NCBI GenBank assembly: GCA_900544655.1
Contig: UQWE01000001.1
Span: forward strand, 119,636 to 183,635
Direction of reading: 5' to 3'
Origin: an uncultured Coriobacteriaceae bacterium
GTDB lineage: Bacteria > Actinomycetota > Coriobacteriia > Coriobacteriales > Atopobiaceae
Length of the DNA: 64,000 bases
This document shows, one piece after another, positions 10,525 through 22,130 of the stretch; position 1 is the first letter of the stretch; each line of letters begins with the position of its first letter. The notes beneath the pieces are model-generated. The model was not told the origin of the DNA. It saw nothing but the letters and a program-made list of their open reading frames with translations, and did no database searches. The position numbers and the translations under genes are program-made.

Positions 10525-11795
10525 TAGGCACGCACCTGGCCATCACCACGAAGGAGGCACTTGGTCGTCGTGAGGGCAAACGCTCCCATGGGGCCACGGG
10601 TATGCAGCTTTTGGGTCGAAATGCCAATCTCGGCTCCCAGACCAAACATGCCACCGTCAGTGAAGCGCGTGCTGGCATTTACATAGACCGCAGCGGCATC
10701 AACGCGCGCAAGGAAAGCCTCCGCCGCATTAACGTCACGAGCCACGATGCACTCAGAGTGCTGAGTACCAAATCGATTGATGTGCTCGATTGCCGCATCA
10801 ATGCCGGGAACGACATGAACGGCAAGATCAAGAGAATCGTACTCACGCGCCCAATCATCCTCTGTGGCCGCAACGTACTCAGAGCTCTCATTGAGGCCAT
10901 TCTCGGCGCATGCGGCCAGGGTGGCCTCGTCACCATGAACCAAGACGCCCCAAGTGCGACAAGCACTCACGAGGCGCGGCAGGAATTCGCTCGCAACGTC
11001 CTCGTCAACAAGCACCGTCTCGATCGCATTGCAGACGCCCGGCCTCTGGGTCTTTGCGTTTTTGATAATAGAAATGGCCATGTCAAGATCGGCGGAAGAG
11101 TGAACATAGACATGGCAATTGCCCTCGCCCGTCTGGATCACCGGGACGGTCGCCTGCTCGACGCAGGTGCGAATGAGCGAGTGGCCGCCGCGCGGAATGA
11201 GGACGTCAACGAGACCGTTGGCCTGCATAAGCTCAAGCGTCTCCGCTCGATCCGAAGAGTCGATGATACACGCGCAGTCTCGAGGAAGTCCGGCAGAAGC
11301 AATGCCGTCGCGACAGGCCTGGGCAATAGCCTCGCAGGAATCATGAGCCGCGGAACCGCCACGGAGGACCACGGCATTGCCAGAACGCAGTGCAAGACAG
11401 ATGGCGTCGGCAGTGACGTTGGGCCTAGCCTCGTACACCATCGCAACAACGCCGAGGGGTACGCGAACCTGGGTAAGACGAATGCCAGAGGCAAGCGTCC
11501 TGCCGCCAACAACCTCGCCGATGGGGTCAGCTTGGGATGCAACCTCTCGCATGCCGGCAACGATACCGTCTATGCGAGCGTCATCAAGCATCAGGCGATC
11601 AAGCAGAGGACCTGGCATGCCGGCCTTGCTACCACGTTCCATATCGCGGCCGTTGGCCTCGAGAATGGCGGACCTAGACTCCCTCACGGCATTTGCTGCA
11701 GCAAGAATCGCCTTGCTGCGCAGCGAGGCGCTTGCCTGGGCAAGCGCGACGGAAGCGTCATGTGCGGCGCGGGCCTTATCGATTGCCTCGGACAT
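10524..11795 (-). CDS. proA: Gamma-glutamyl phosphate reductase
   Basis: VPLGVVAMVYEARPNVT, IPRGG, PGVCNAIET, NASTRFTDGG.FGLGAEIGISTQKLH.RGPMG. Confidence 0.97.
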   Translation of the reverse strand: MSEAIDKARAAHDASVALAQASASLRSKAILAAANAVRESRSAILEANGRDMERGSKAGMPGPLLDRLMLDDARIDGIVAGMREVASQADPIGEVVGGRTLASGIRLTQVRVPLGVVAMVYEARPNVTADAICLALRSGNAVVLRGGSAAHDSCEAIAQACRDGIASAGLPRDCACIIDSSDRAETLELMQANGLVDVLIPRGGHSLIRTCVEQATVPVIQTGEGNCHVYVHSSADLDMAISIIKNAKTQRPGVCNAIETVLVDEDVASEFLPRLVSACRTWGVLVHGDEATLAACAENGLNESSEYVAATEDDWAREYDSLDLAVHVVPGIDAAIEHINRFGTQHSECIVARDVNAAEAFLARVDAAAVYVNASTRFTDGGMFGLGAEIGISTQKLHTRGPMGAFALTTTKCLLRGDGQVRA

Positions 11796-11831
11796 ATCGT
11801 TCCCTTCAGTCGTACGCGCGTGAAATCGAGA

Positions 11832-12935
11832 TTAGAAGACGAGGAGCTCGTCCCTGTGGATGACGGGGCAGTCGTCACGGTCGGGCCAAAAGCGCTTAAT
11901 GACCTCAAGCCTGAGGCCGTGAATACGCCAAATGTCATCCGAGGAGTAACGCGTGATGCCACGAGCGATGAGCTGGCCTTTGGAATCGAGCACGTTGACG
12001 GTATCTCCGGCGTCAAAGGTTCCATCGATCCCGGTAACGCCCACGGGAAGAAGCGAGGCGCCATCCCTCTCGAGCGCATACACAGCACCATCGTCGACCG
12101 TAATAGAGCCACGAGAAAGGCCCGCAAGGCCAATCCAGAGCTTACGTGCCTGCTCGTGGCCCATGCTGGCCGGCCCCTCGAACCGAGTGTGGCGCCCAGT
12201 CCCGGCGACGGCGGAAAGAAGCGCACCCTCTTCCCTGCCCTTGCAGATAACCATGGGAATGCCGGCGGCTATCATCGCGCGGCCGGCTCGAATCTTAGTG
12301 GCCATACTTCCGGTCCCGTAGCTTGAGCCAGCGCCGCCCGCCATCGCAACAATCTTCGAGCTGACACGCTCGACGTGATCGATGAGCTTGGCGTCAGGAT
12401 GCGTGTCGGGATTAGCGGTGTACAGGCCATCGATGTCCGAAAGGATGACGTAAAGATCCGCGTCGATAAGCGACGCGACGATGGCGCCGAGCATGTCGTT
12501 GTCGCCAAAGGAGAACTCACGAACGCTGACGGTGTCATTCTCGTTCACGATGGGAATGACGCCCAGGTCAAGGAGACGCTCGAAGGTGTTCCTCGCATTG
12601 AGATAACCCGTCCTATCCACCACGTCACCGCGGGTGAGAAGGACCTGCGCACACTTGATTCCATCCTCGGCGAGAACCTCGGCATAGCGTTCGATGAGCT
12701 TCGTCTGGCCCGCGGCGGCACAGGCCTGAAGGGTCGGGATGTCCCCAGGACGCTCGGTAAAGCCAAGGAGGGAGCGCCCGACGGCGGCAGCGCCGCTCGA
12801 TACGAGAACGACTTGGTTCCCCGCCCTGCGAAGCTCCCCCATCTGAGAGCAGAGGGAACGCACGAAGGCGAGATCAAGCTCGTTATCCGAACCCATAAGA
12901 GTCGACGAGCCAACCTTGAATACGATCAGGGACAA
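11832..12935 (-). CDS. proB: Glutamate 5-kinase with PUA domain
   Basis: VFKVGSS, VSSGA, PIVNENDTV, FGDNDML, C-terminal PUA SLLPVGV...IHRDEL. Confidence 0.96.
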   Translation of the reverse strand: MSLIVFKVGSSTLMGSDNELDLAFVRSLCSQMGELRRAGNQVVLVSSGAAAVGRSLLGFTERPGDIPTLQACAAAGQTKLIERYAEVLAEDGIKCAQVLLTRGDVVDRTGYLNARNTFERLLDLGVIPIVNENDTVSVREFSFGDNDMLGAIVASLIDADLYVILSDIDGLYTANPDTHPDAKLIDHVERVSSKIVAMAGGAGSSYGTGSMATKIRAGRAMIAAGIPMVICKGREEGALLSAVAGTGRHTRFEGPASMGHEQARKLWIGLAGLSRGSITVDDGAVYALERDGASLLPVGVTGIDGTFDAGDTVNVLDSKGQLIARGITRYSSDDIWRIHGLRLEVIKRFWPDRDDCPVIHRDELLVF

Positions 12936-12938
12936 AGG

Positions 12939-14832
<1,894 letters not shown>

Positions 14833-14874
14833 TGATGGTACCTGCCTATCTAGTCGAAACTAAGGGAACGCGCG

Positions 14875-15231
14875 CTACTCGGCAGCGTCCTCGGTCGTGG
14901 CGGCCTTCTTGGCCGTCGAGGTGATGCGGGGCATGCTGCAGACCTCAAGACGAGTGAGGTTCTGACGGTGACCCTTCTTGACAGAGTGGCGCTTGCGCTT
15001 CTGGAACTTGAAGACGAGCTGCTTGGCGCCCTTGTGCTGGTCGACAACCTTGCAGGTAACCTTCTTCTTGGCAAGCTTGGCGGAGTCGACGAGGACCGTC
15101 TTACCGTCATTGAGCATCAGAACGTCGAGCTTGACCTCGTCGCCAGGCTGCGCATCAAGCTTCTCGACGTCGAAGACGTCGCCCTTGGCAACCTTATACT
15201 GCTTGCCACCAGTCGTGATGATTGCGTACAT
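14875..15231 (-). CDS. rplU: 50S ribosomal protein L21
   Basis: MYAIITTGGKQYKV...KKGHRQ. Confidence 0.97.
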   Translation of the reverse strand: MYAIITTGGKQYKVAKGDVFDVEKLDAQPGDEVKLDVLMLNDGKTVLVDSAKLAKKKVTCKVVDQHKGAKQLVFKFQKRKRHSVKKGHRQNLTRLEVCSMPRITSTAKKAATTEDAAE

Positions 15232-15297
15232 GTGAGAGCCCTTCATTGCTGTGGTGAGTGCAACAGTTGGAAATAATACGCTAGGAAATAGGTACCG

Positions 15298-16152
15298 TCA
15301 ACGACAAAAATGCGGTTGTTGACGGGCTTTCCACGCTTTCTCCGCCTCAAATCTTGCGATGAGCGCCCGTCCGACGGCAGCGGTGCCTCCAAAGGCGATG
15401 GTGGGACGAACGAGAAAGCCCAAACCGGGAAGATTCTTACTCAAATAACGAGCTATGCCTCGACAAGCGAAAGCGCTCGCCACGACGAATGCAATGTCTG
15501 CAACCCGCCCGGAACTGACGCCGCAGCCGTGAGCGCCGGCGACGTCTAGCGCCATAAGAGCCTGGTTGGCGGTGAGCAGCGGCATTTCTGCGCCGCCACT
15601 CAAGGGTAGAATCGAAATAGCCGCATTTTGAGCGCAGCGCCTCGAAACGCAAGCGAGCGAGACGGCATGACGGACAAACGGGAAGTTAGTCGCGAGGGCG
15701 ATGTCAGCGTGACATGCTTCTGCCATCCAGGTCGCCAACTTCTCAAGCATGGCTTCAGGCGACGTGGCGGCGATGAGCGCGGCTCCTGAAACCTCATGGG
15801 GCTCGGGTGCCTCGACGCTTGTCTCGACGACTATGGCGCACGGCACCGCCATCGAAGTGAAAGCCCTTGAGACCTCCGCGGCGATCCCGGAAGTGCCCGC
15901 GACGACAATGGCGAGGTCGCAATCCGGGTTGACACGAACAGGGGCACCGGGACGCACTACCTCGACGTGGACGAGGCCAGTCGCAGCCTGGGGCATAAGA
16001 GCGTCGCGCAGCGGGCAGACGAGTTCGGACGGAGCCCCCTCCTCCAGCTCAATAGACACGCGAACGCAAGACCGACGAGAATTCTCGGCAGCACGGGCGC
16101 CATCAACAACCTGCCTCACGGCGCCAAATGGAATGTCTGAGAGCTTTGCCAA
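15298..16152 (-). CDS. Hypothetical protein with hydrophobic C-terminus (possibly DUF697/YcjF-like)
   Basis: 284-aa ORF 12 bp after rodA with GGAGG RBS; C-terminal AQNAAISILP...EMPLLTANQALM resembles DUF697 helices. Confidence 0.65.
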   Translation of the reverse strand: MAKLSDIPFGAVRQVVDGARAAENSRRSCVRVSIELEEGAPSELVCPLRDALMPQAATGLVHVEVVRPGAPVRVNPDCDLAIVVAGTSGIAAEVSRAFTSMAVPCAIVVETSVEAPEPHEVSGAALIAATSPEAMLEKLATWMAEACHADIALATNFPFVRHAVSLACVSRRCAQNAAISILPLSGGAEMPLLTANQALMALDVAGAHGCGVSSGRVADIAFVVASAFACRGIARYLSKNLPGLGFLVRPTIAFGGTAAVGRALIARFEAEKAWKARQQPHFCR

Positions 16153-16164
16153 AACACGCCCTCC

Positions 16165-17382
16165 TTAGGCCGACTTCGTACGGTGCAGATAGACGGACTG
16201 CACGATGCCCACCGACGCAACCTGAATAACCATAGACGTGGATCCATAGCTTACGAACGGCAGTGGAATACCGGTGATCGGCATGATGCCGATACACATG
16301 CCAACGTTCTGAAGCAACTGATAGCTCCACATGGCAATGACGCCGGCAAGCACTAGCTTCGCAAACGGGGCGTCAACACGCATCGCAAGGGCAAGAGCCG
16401 AATAGATAAGCCAGGCATAGAGAGCAAGCAGGGCAACGGCGCCAACGAATCCGAACTCCTCGGCAAGACGGGCGAAGATAAAGTCAGTGTGGTTCTCCGG
16501 AAGAAAGCCGCCAGCAGACTGAGTGGCCGCCCCAATGCCCTTGCCAAAGAGGCCGCCGGATCCAACGGCGATTTTTGCCTGCTGGAGGTTATAGCCAGCG
16601 CTCGTGGACTCAAGACTGGAATCCGCAAACACGAGTAGACGATTGAGCTGATACTGCTTGAGCGGAAAATGGAAATTTATCGAACAGAAAATGATCAACG
16701 CGCAGCCCGCGACGAACATCGCGAGCGTGACGAGGACCCATTCCCGCTTCGCTCCGGCACAGATGATGATCGCAGCGCCCGTCACGACGATGATCAGGCC
16801 CGTACCAAGGTCAGGCTGCGCCATAATTGCTGCAAAAGGAACGAGCAGCGTGCCGCAAAGCTTCACGTAATCTCGAAGCTCCTTGATGCGCCCGTTATAC
16901 TGCGCGGCAAGAGATGCCATGAGGAAGATGGTGACGAGCTTGCCAATTTCTGACGGCTGGAAGCGCAAGGGACCCAACTTAACCCATCCGGTCATGCCGT
17001 TAGCAGCGCTCGCTAGTCCGGGGATACGCGGGGACAGCATGAGGACGACGTCAATCACAAGAAGCCACGTGCTCATATTTGCTAAGGCTCGATAGTCATA
17101 GCGCCACACGAATGCAGCCGCGACAAGACCAAGTACGGCTCCGACGGCCTGCCTCGGCAGAGAGGCGTAGGCATTGGATAGGGACGCGCTCCAAACGACC
17201 ACGAGCCCGTAGGCAATGAGCAGAAGCGCAGGAATTAGATTAGCCCAATAGATCTCGGAGAGAATGCCGCCCTTGCCTGGCATGCGCGCGTGCGCAGCCC
17301 CCGGCTTCTTGCCGGCGTCACCTCCAAATAGAGATGAGACGATAGAGCCAAAGCCAACGCCACCAGCAGAATTCTGAGCCAT
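16165..17382 (-). CDS. rodA: SEDS peptidoglycan glycosyltransferase RodA
   Basis: FQPSEIGK, QPDLGT, IAVGSGGLFGKG, LPENHTDFIF, PITGIPLPFVSYG. Confidence 0.96.
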   Translation of the reverse strand: MAQNSAGGVGFGSIVSSLFGGDAGKKPGAAHARMPGKGGILSEIYWANLIPALLLIAYGLVVVWSASLSNAYASLPRQAVGAVLGLVAAAFVWRYDYRALANMSTWLLVIDVVLMLSPRIPGLASAANGMTGWVKLGPLRFQPSEIGKLVTIFLMASLAAQYNGRIKELRDYVKLCGTLLVPFAAIMAQPDLGTGLIIVVTGAAIIICAGAKREWVLVTLAMFVAGCALIIFCSINFHFPLKQYQLNRLLVFADSSLESTSAGYNLQQAKIAVGSGGLFGKGIGAATQSAGGFLPENHTDFIFARLAEEFGFVGAVALLALYAWLIYSALALAMRVDAPFAKLVLAGVIAMWSYQLLQNVGMCIGIMPITGIPLPFVSYGSTSMVIQVASVGIVQSVYLHRTKSA

Positions 17383-17393
17383 CTTTCCCTCCT

Positions 17394-19430
17394 CTACCTA
17401 GTTCCGTCGCTGACTTCGGTCGTATTAGTATCAGGCTCCCCAAAGAGCTGGCCGAGTATGTCTCGGCAGACGTACATCGCGGAGACCGAACCGTAGCCGC
17501 CGTTGTCGATGACGGCGGGGAAGGCGGACCTCCGGGTATCCGCAGGGGCGTAACAGCAGAACCAGCCCGTAGGCTCCTCGTTGCCATGCTCACCCGTGCC
17601 GGTCTTGCCCGCAACGCGGGTGGTCATATTGGTGAAGTGGGCCGCCATCGACTCGCTCTCCTCGTAAATGACGCCCTCGAGTCCCGAGTGGACGAGGTCG
17701 AAGCTCGTCTGTGGCTCGCTGGGTTCGAGGTGGACCTTGGGCGTGTAGTCGCGCGCCGCAGAGGTGCCGCCGCGGCCGAGCACGCTCTTGAGGACATGCG
17801 GGGTCCAGATGGTGCCGCCGTTGGCGATGCCCATGTAGGCACAGCACATCTGGAGGGGTGTGACGAGGATGTCGCCCTGGCCGATGGCGATGTTCGTGTA
17901 GTCGCCGCCGTTCCACTTTCGATCCGCGTCGGACCAGCTCGTGAAGTAGTTCCACTTCCACTCCGCGTCGGGAACTCGCCCGGAAGCCTCACTGGGAAGA
18001 TCGATTCCCGTCTGCGAGCCGAGGCCCCACTTGCGGAAGGTCTCCTGCATTCCGTCCTGCTTGTCCTCGTCGAGGTTGAAGAAGGCCTTCGCGATCTCGT
18101 AGAAGACGACGTCACAGGAGTAGGTGATGCCGTTCCTCAAGTCGATCGCCCCATGGCCCTTATGGTCCCAACACCACTTACCATTAGCCTCGCCGAAGCC
18201 CGTCCACCAACCATTGCAGACGTAGCTCGAGCCGGCGTCTGCGACACCATAGTCAAGGGCCGCGAACGTCGTGAGCGGCTTGATGGTGGAGGCGGCTACG
18301 AACTGACCGGCAAGCGCTCGGTTCATGAGGGGATTCGCCGCCTCGTCGGCGGAGAGCGCCTCCCAGTCATCCTGAGAGATGCCGCCCACGAACAGCTCGG
18401 GCTTGAAAGTGGGGGCACTTGCCATGGCGATAACCTCGCCGTTGGTAACGTCGACCACGCAGGCGGCTCCGGACTTGCAGCTCTCGATGCCCCCGTCGTG
18501 ACGCTTCTTGATGATCCTGGCGAGCGATTCCTCGGCCATGCGCTGCACGTCGACGTCGATGGTCAGCATGATGTCGCTACCCGCCTCCGCCGGGACGGAG
18601 GTGGAGTAGTCGGTCACGTTACCGTGAACATCGACGTAAACTGTCTGCTCGCCGCGGACTCCCTGGAGCACCTCCTCATACTGATACTCGACGCCAGCCT
18701 GGCCGGTGGTGTCGCCGGACTCGTACGTGATACCCGCGTTCGAGGTCTTGGAGGCGTTGATCTGGTCCTCCGTCACGGTGCCGGTATACCCGAGGAGGTG
18801 GCAACAGACCTCACCCTGCGGATAAGAGCGCTGGGTACGCTGCTCAACGGTGACATTTGGAAAAACGTCAGCATGCTCCTGAATGTAGGCAACCGTAGTA
18901 CGTGGAACGTCGATGCATATGGTGCGTGCACTCTGAGCACTTTGCGATGAATCCGTAGCCCTGAGCTTGGCCGCCATCGAGGGCATACCCAGCACGGCGG
19001 CAAGCAGGTTGAGCTCGATCGCATCGTCAACGACATCAGCATGTGCACAAACCGTAAGACTCGGGCGATTCGTAACGAGTTCAACTCCGTTGCGGTCGAG
19101 GATGCGACCGCGAGGAGCAAACGACGTGACCGTACGAGTGCGGTTTGACTCCGCTTGGCGCGTGTAGTCACCTGAACCCACGATCTGCATTGACCAGAGC
19201 CTCGCCAGCAGCGCCCCGATTACGCCACCGGAGAAGATGCCGAGCCCTATGAATCGCCGCTTGAACATCTTATCCGGACTGGCGTCATTGCCGCCAGCCG
19301 CACGCGGCGCCTGCCCGCCGATATCGAACTTGAGGGCGGACGAGCCGGAATGCAGAAGCAAAACGAGCACGACCGCCACTACGGCAGCGACAATAACTAT
19401 GAAAATTAGAGCAAAAGTAGCCGAGGACAT
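17394..19430 (-). CDS. mrdA: Penicillin-binding protein 2 (class B)
   Basis: APRGRILDRNG dimerisation domain; STIK (SxxK), SCD (SxN/D), KTG; between mreD and rodA. Confidence 0.96.
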   Translation of the reverse strand: MSSATFALIFIVIVAAVVAVVLVLLLHSGSSALKFDIGGQAPRAAGGNDASPDKMFKRRFIGLGIFSGGVIGALLARLWSMQIVGSGDYTRQAESNRTRTVTSFAPRGRILDRNGVELVTNRPSLTVCAHADVVDDAIELNLLAAVLGMPSMAAKLRATDSSQSAQSARTICIDVPRTTVAYIQEHADVFPNVTVEQRTQRSYPQGEVCCHLLGYTGTVTEDQINASKTSNAGITYESGDTTGQAGVEYQYEEVLQGVRGEQTVYVDVHGNVTDYSTSVPAEAGSDIMLTIDVDVQRMAEESLARIIKKRHDGGIESCKSGAACVVDVTNGEVIAMASAPTFKPELFVGGISQDDWEALSADEAANPLMNRALAGQFVAASTIKPLTTFAALDYGVADAGSSYVCNGWWTGFGEANGKWCWDHKGHGAIDLRNGITYSCDVVFYEIAKAFFNLDEDKQDGMQETFRKWGLGSQTGIDLPSEASGRVPDAEWKWNYFTSWSDADRKWNGGDYTNIAIGQGDILVTPLQMCCAYMGIANGGTIWTPHVLKSVLGRGGTSAARDYTPKVHLEPSEPQTSFDLVHSGLEGVIYEESESMAAHFTNMTTRVAGKTGTGEHGNEEPTGWFCCYAPADTRRSAFPAVIDNGGYGSVSAMYVCRDILGQLFGEPDTNTTEVSDGTR

Positions 19431-19433
19431 CGT

Positions 19434-19994
19434 CTACAGACCCTTCATAGAGAATCGCGCGCCGCGATGAGAGCCCTTGCCCTTACCGAAGCCAGAGGTT
19501 GGAGCACACGAGCGAGACAGGATGACCGCGACGATCAGGAATGCGACCACGTCAAGAACGGACCCGGGAAGCGCGCGCAAGAAAAGCGCGTCGACGAGAG
19601 AGCTCGACTGACCGAAGATGAGAATGACGATGCCATAGACGACATTCACGAACAGCGTCACGGGAATGAACAGCGTGATTGACGCGACAAGGTCATCGGC
19701 AACGCGGCTGCGGCCCATCGCAGCAAGACCAAACCCCACGATGGTAAGAATGAGAGCCATGAGCCCAATGGGGCCCGATCCTGCGAGGTCATAGAAGGCA
19801 CCGGCGACAAAGCCGACCACGGGAGCCATCTTGACGCTACCCCCAAGGCACACGCACGCAACGAGAACGAGGGCGAGATTGGCTCGCCCCCCGAGGAAGG
19901 CAACGTTGGGAACGAAGCCAATCTGGAGAATAGCGAGGACAACGGCAAGGATGATGGCCATGCGCTTGTTCTTCTCAGAATCTTTGACGATCAT
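19434..19994 (-). CDS. mreD: Rod shape-determining protein MreD
   Basis: Small polytopic membrane protein (GFVAGAFYDL..SGPIG) between mreC and mrdA. Confidence 0.88.
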   Translation of the reverse strand: MIVKDSEKNKRMAIILAVVLAILQIGFVPNVAFLGGRANLALVLVACVCLGGSVKMAPVVGFVAGAFYDLAGSGPIGLMALILTIVGFGLAAMGRSRVADDLVASITLFIPVTLFVNVVYGIVILIFGQSSSLVDALFLRALPGSVLDVVAFLIVAVILSRSCAPTSGFGKGKGSHRGARFSMKGL

Positions 19995-20002
19995 GCTTCC
20001 CC

Positions 20003-21010
20003 CTATTCCCCACTTGAATCGCCATCGGAACTCGAGCCGTCATCGCCGCTTGCGGAACCATCTGTCGTGGCGGCCGCAGTGGAGGCAGACGTCGTGGTGG
20101 CCGCCTTGTCCTGGTCGTTAGCTGACGCCGTATCCTCTGCGCTCGCCTGCTGGTTATCATTGATGGACGTGATGACGAGCACCTCTTCAAGGCTCGAAAC
20201 GGTAGACAGAGGCTCGACAGATATCTCGTAATAGAGAGCGCCAGAGGACTTGGTCACGTTCGTCACCGTGCCGACTGGCAACCCGCGAGGATAGACGCCG
20301 CCAAGACCGCTCGTGATGATCGTGTCCCCGGTAGCCACCTGCTGGTCAGAACGGACAAGGGTCAAACGAAGCGTCCCGTCCGCCGATCCAACGAGCTGAC
20401 CTTGCGCGCGACTTGACTGCACCATGCAGGAAACCCCGGAGGATTCGTCCGTGATGAGGCGGACCACCGCGGTCGAAGGTCCGCATTCGCTAACCTGACC
20501 GATTACGCCCGTAGAGCTCGTAACGGGCATTCCGACGGCAATGCCAGAAGTCGACCCCTTGTCGATAGTGATGGTCGAAGTCCACGAATCACTCGACTGA
20601 GCGATGACACGTGCCGCGGTGGAAGTCAGGCTGTATTCGTTCCTAAGCTGGAGAAGGTCCGTCAGGGTGTTCGCTTGCTGCTCATACTCAGACAGCTTGG
20701 CAACCTGGGCCTTGAGCTGCTCGTTCTCTTCTCGTAGCTCCGAAAGTGTCTCGGAGTCCGCAGTAAGGTTGCCAACGATGTTGCCGATACCAGAGACGGG
20801 AGAGGCAACAACCGAGCCAACGACGCGCACGGGCGATGCCACGGCCTGGAAAACTCCACGAATCCCATGAAGCACGCCGCCATCACCCTCGCGAGCTCCG
20901 ACTACAAACATGAGGAGCGACGCAACGGTAAGGACAACAAGCGAGCGCGGGACCCCCGAGGAGGACCCGCGCCCAAGAGATGAGCTGGGAGCGGAAAAAC
21001 GCTGAGCCAT
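20003..21010 (-). CDS. mreC: Rod shape-determining protein MreC
   Basis: TM + coiled coil LREENEQLK, ITIDKGS..GI..GMPV, TSGLGGVYPRGLPVG; Ser/Thr/Asp-rich tail. Confidence 0.94.
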   Translation of the reverse strand: MAQRFSAPSSSLGRGSSSGVPRSLVVLTVASLLMFVVGAREGDGGVLHGIRGVFQAVASPVRVVGSVVASPVSGIGNIVGNLTADSETLSELREENEQLKAQVAKLSEYEQQANTLTDLLQLRNEYSLTSTAARVIAQSSDSWTSTITIDKGSTSGIAVGMPVTSSTGVIGQVSECGPSTAVVRLITDESSGVSCMVQSSRAQGQLVGSADGTLRLTLVRSDQQVATGDTIITSGLGGVYPRGLPVGTVTNVTKSSGALYYEISVEPLSTVSSLEEVLVITSINDNQQASAEDTASANDQDKAATTTSASTAAATTDGSASGDDGSSSDGDSSGE

Positions 21011-21020
21011 CGGCAATTCC

Positions 21021-22064
21021 CTACTTGCCAGAGCTCTGTACGAAACCGCCGGACAGAGCGTTGGCCTCAAGGACCTTAGCGCAACCGAGAACGACGTTCT
21101 CGAGAGCAGTGGGACTCACGTTAACAGGGACACCGGTCTCCTCGCGAAGACGCTGATCAAGACCACGAAGCATGCCACCGCCGCCGGTAAGCATGATTCC
21201 GTAGTACATAAGATCGCTCGCGAGATCAGGCGGGGTGACGTCAAGGGCATCCTTGACAGCCTTCGTGACTTGGTCAAGAGGAGCATCAAGCGCACGACGA
21301 ATCTCCTCGGACTCGATACGAACAGTCTTCGGCAGGCCACTCATGACATCGCGACCGTTGACCTCGACATCGAGCTCTTCCTTAAGAGGCGCGGCAGAGC
21401 CGACCTTGATCTTAATGTCCTCAGCCGTTCGCTCGCCGATGGATAGGTTGTAGGCATCGCGAACATGTTCGAGAATCACCTGGTCAAACTCATCACCTGC
21501 GGTACGAATCGACTGCGAGACGACAATGCCGCCCATGGCGATGACAGCAACTTCCGTGGTGCCACCACCGATGTCGACGACCATGGTGCCCGTCGGGTCC
21601 TCGATGGGCAGGTTAGATCCAATGGCGGCGGCCATCGGCTCCTCGATGAGGAAGGCCTGACGAGCGCCCGCCTGAATAGTAGCTTCGAAAACGGCACGCT
21701 TCTCAACGGAAGTAACGCCAGAGGGAACGCAGACGACAACGCGAGGACGAGGACTCCAGGGATAACGACGCGTTGACGCCTTCTCGATGAAGTATCGAAG
21801 CATTACCTCAGTAACATCGAAATCAGAAATGACACCATCCTTAAGCGGACGGATAGCCGTGATGGAACCGGGCGTCCTACCCACCATACGCTTGGCGTCA
21901 GCGCCAACGGCAAGGACTCGTTCCTCGCTCTGGTCAATGGCGACCACGGAAGGCTCATTGATGACAATGCCCTCTCCACGCACGGAGACAAGCGTGTTAG
22001 CCGTGCCAAGGTCAATGGCAAGATCGCCACCGTACTCGCCAAATATAGAGTCAAAAAAAGACAT
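21021..22064 (-). CDS. mreB: Actin-like rod shape protein MreB
   Basis: AIDLGTANTL, IEEPMAAAIG, VDIGGGTTE, LTGGGGML. Confidence 0.98.
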   Translation of the reverse strand: MSFFDSIFGEYGGDLAIDLGTANTLVSVRGEGIVINEPSVVAIDQSEERVLAVGADAKRMVGRTPGSITAIRPLKDGVISDFDVTEVMLRYFIEKASTRRYPWSPRPRVVVCVPSGVTSVEKRAVFEATIQAGARQAFLIEEPMAAAIGSNLPIEDPTGTMVVDIGGGTTEVAVIAMGGIVVSQSIRTAGDEFDQVILEHVRDAYNLSIGERTAEDIKIKVGSAAPLKEELDVEVNGRDVMSGLPKTVRIESEEIRRALDAPLDQVTKAVKDALDVTPPDLASDLMYYGIMLTGGGGMLRGLDQRLREETGVPVNVSPTALENVVLGCAKVLEANALSGGFVQSSGK

Positions 22065-22130
22065 GGCATCAATTCCAAACTTGACGGCACCTTCGCCGCT
22101 CGGACTATTGCTACAAGAATACCCAGAAGC

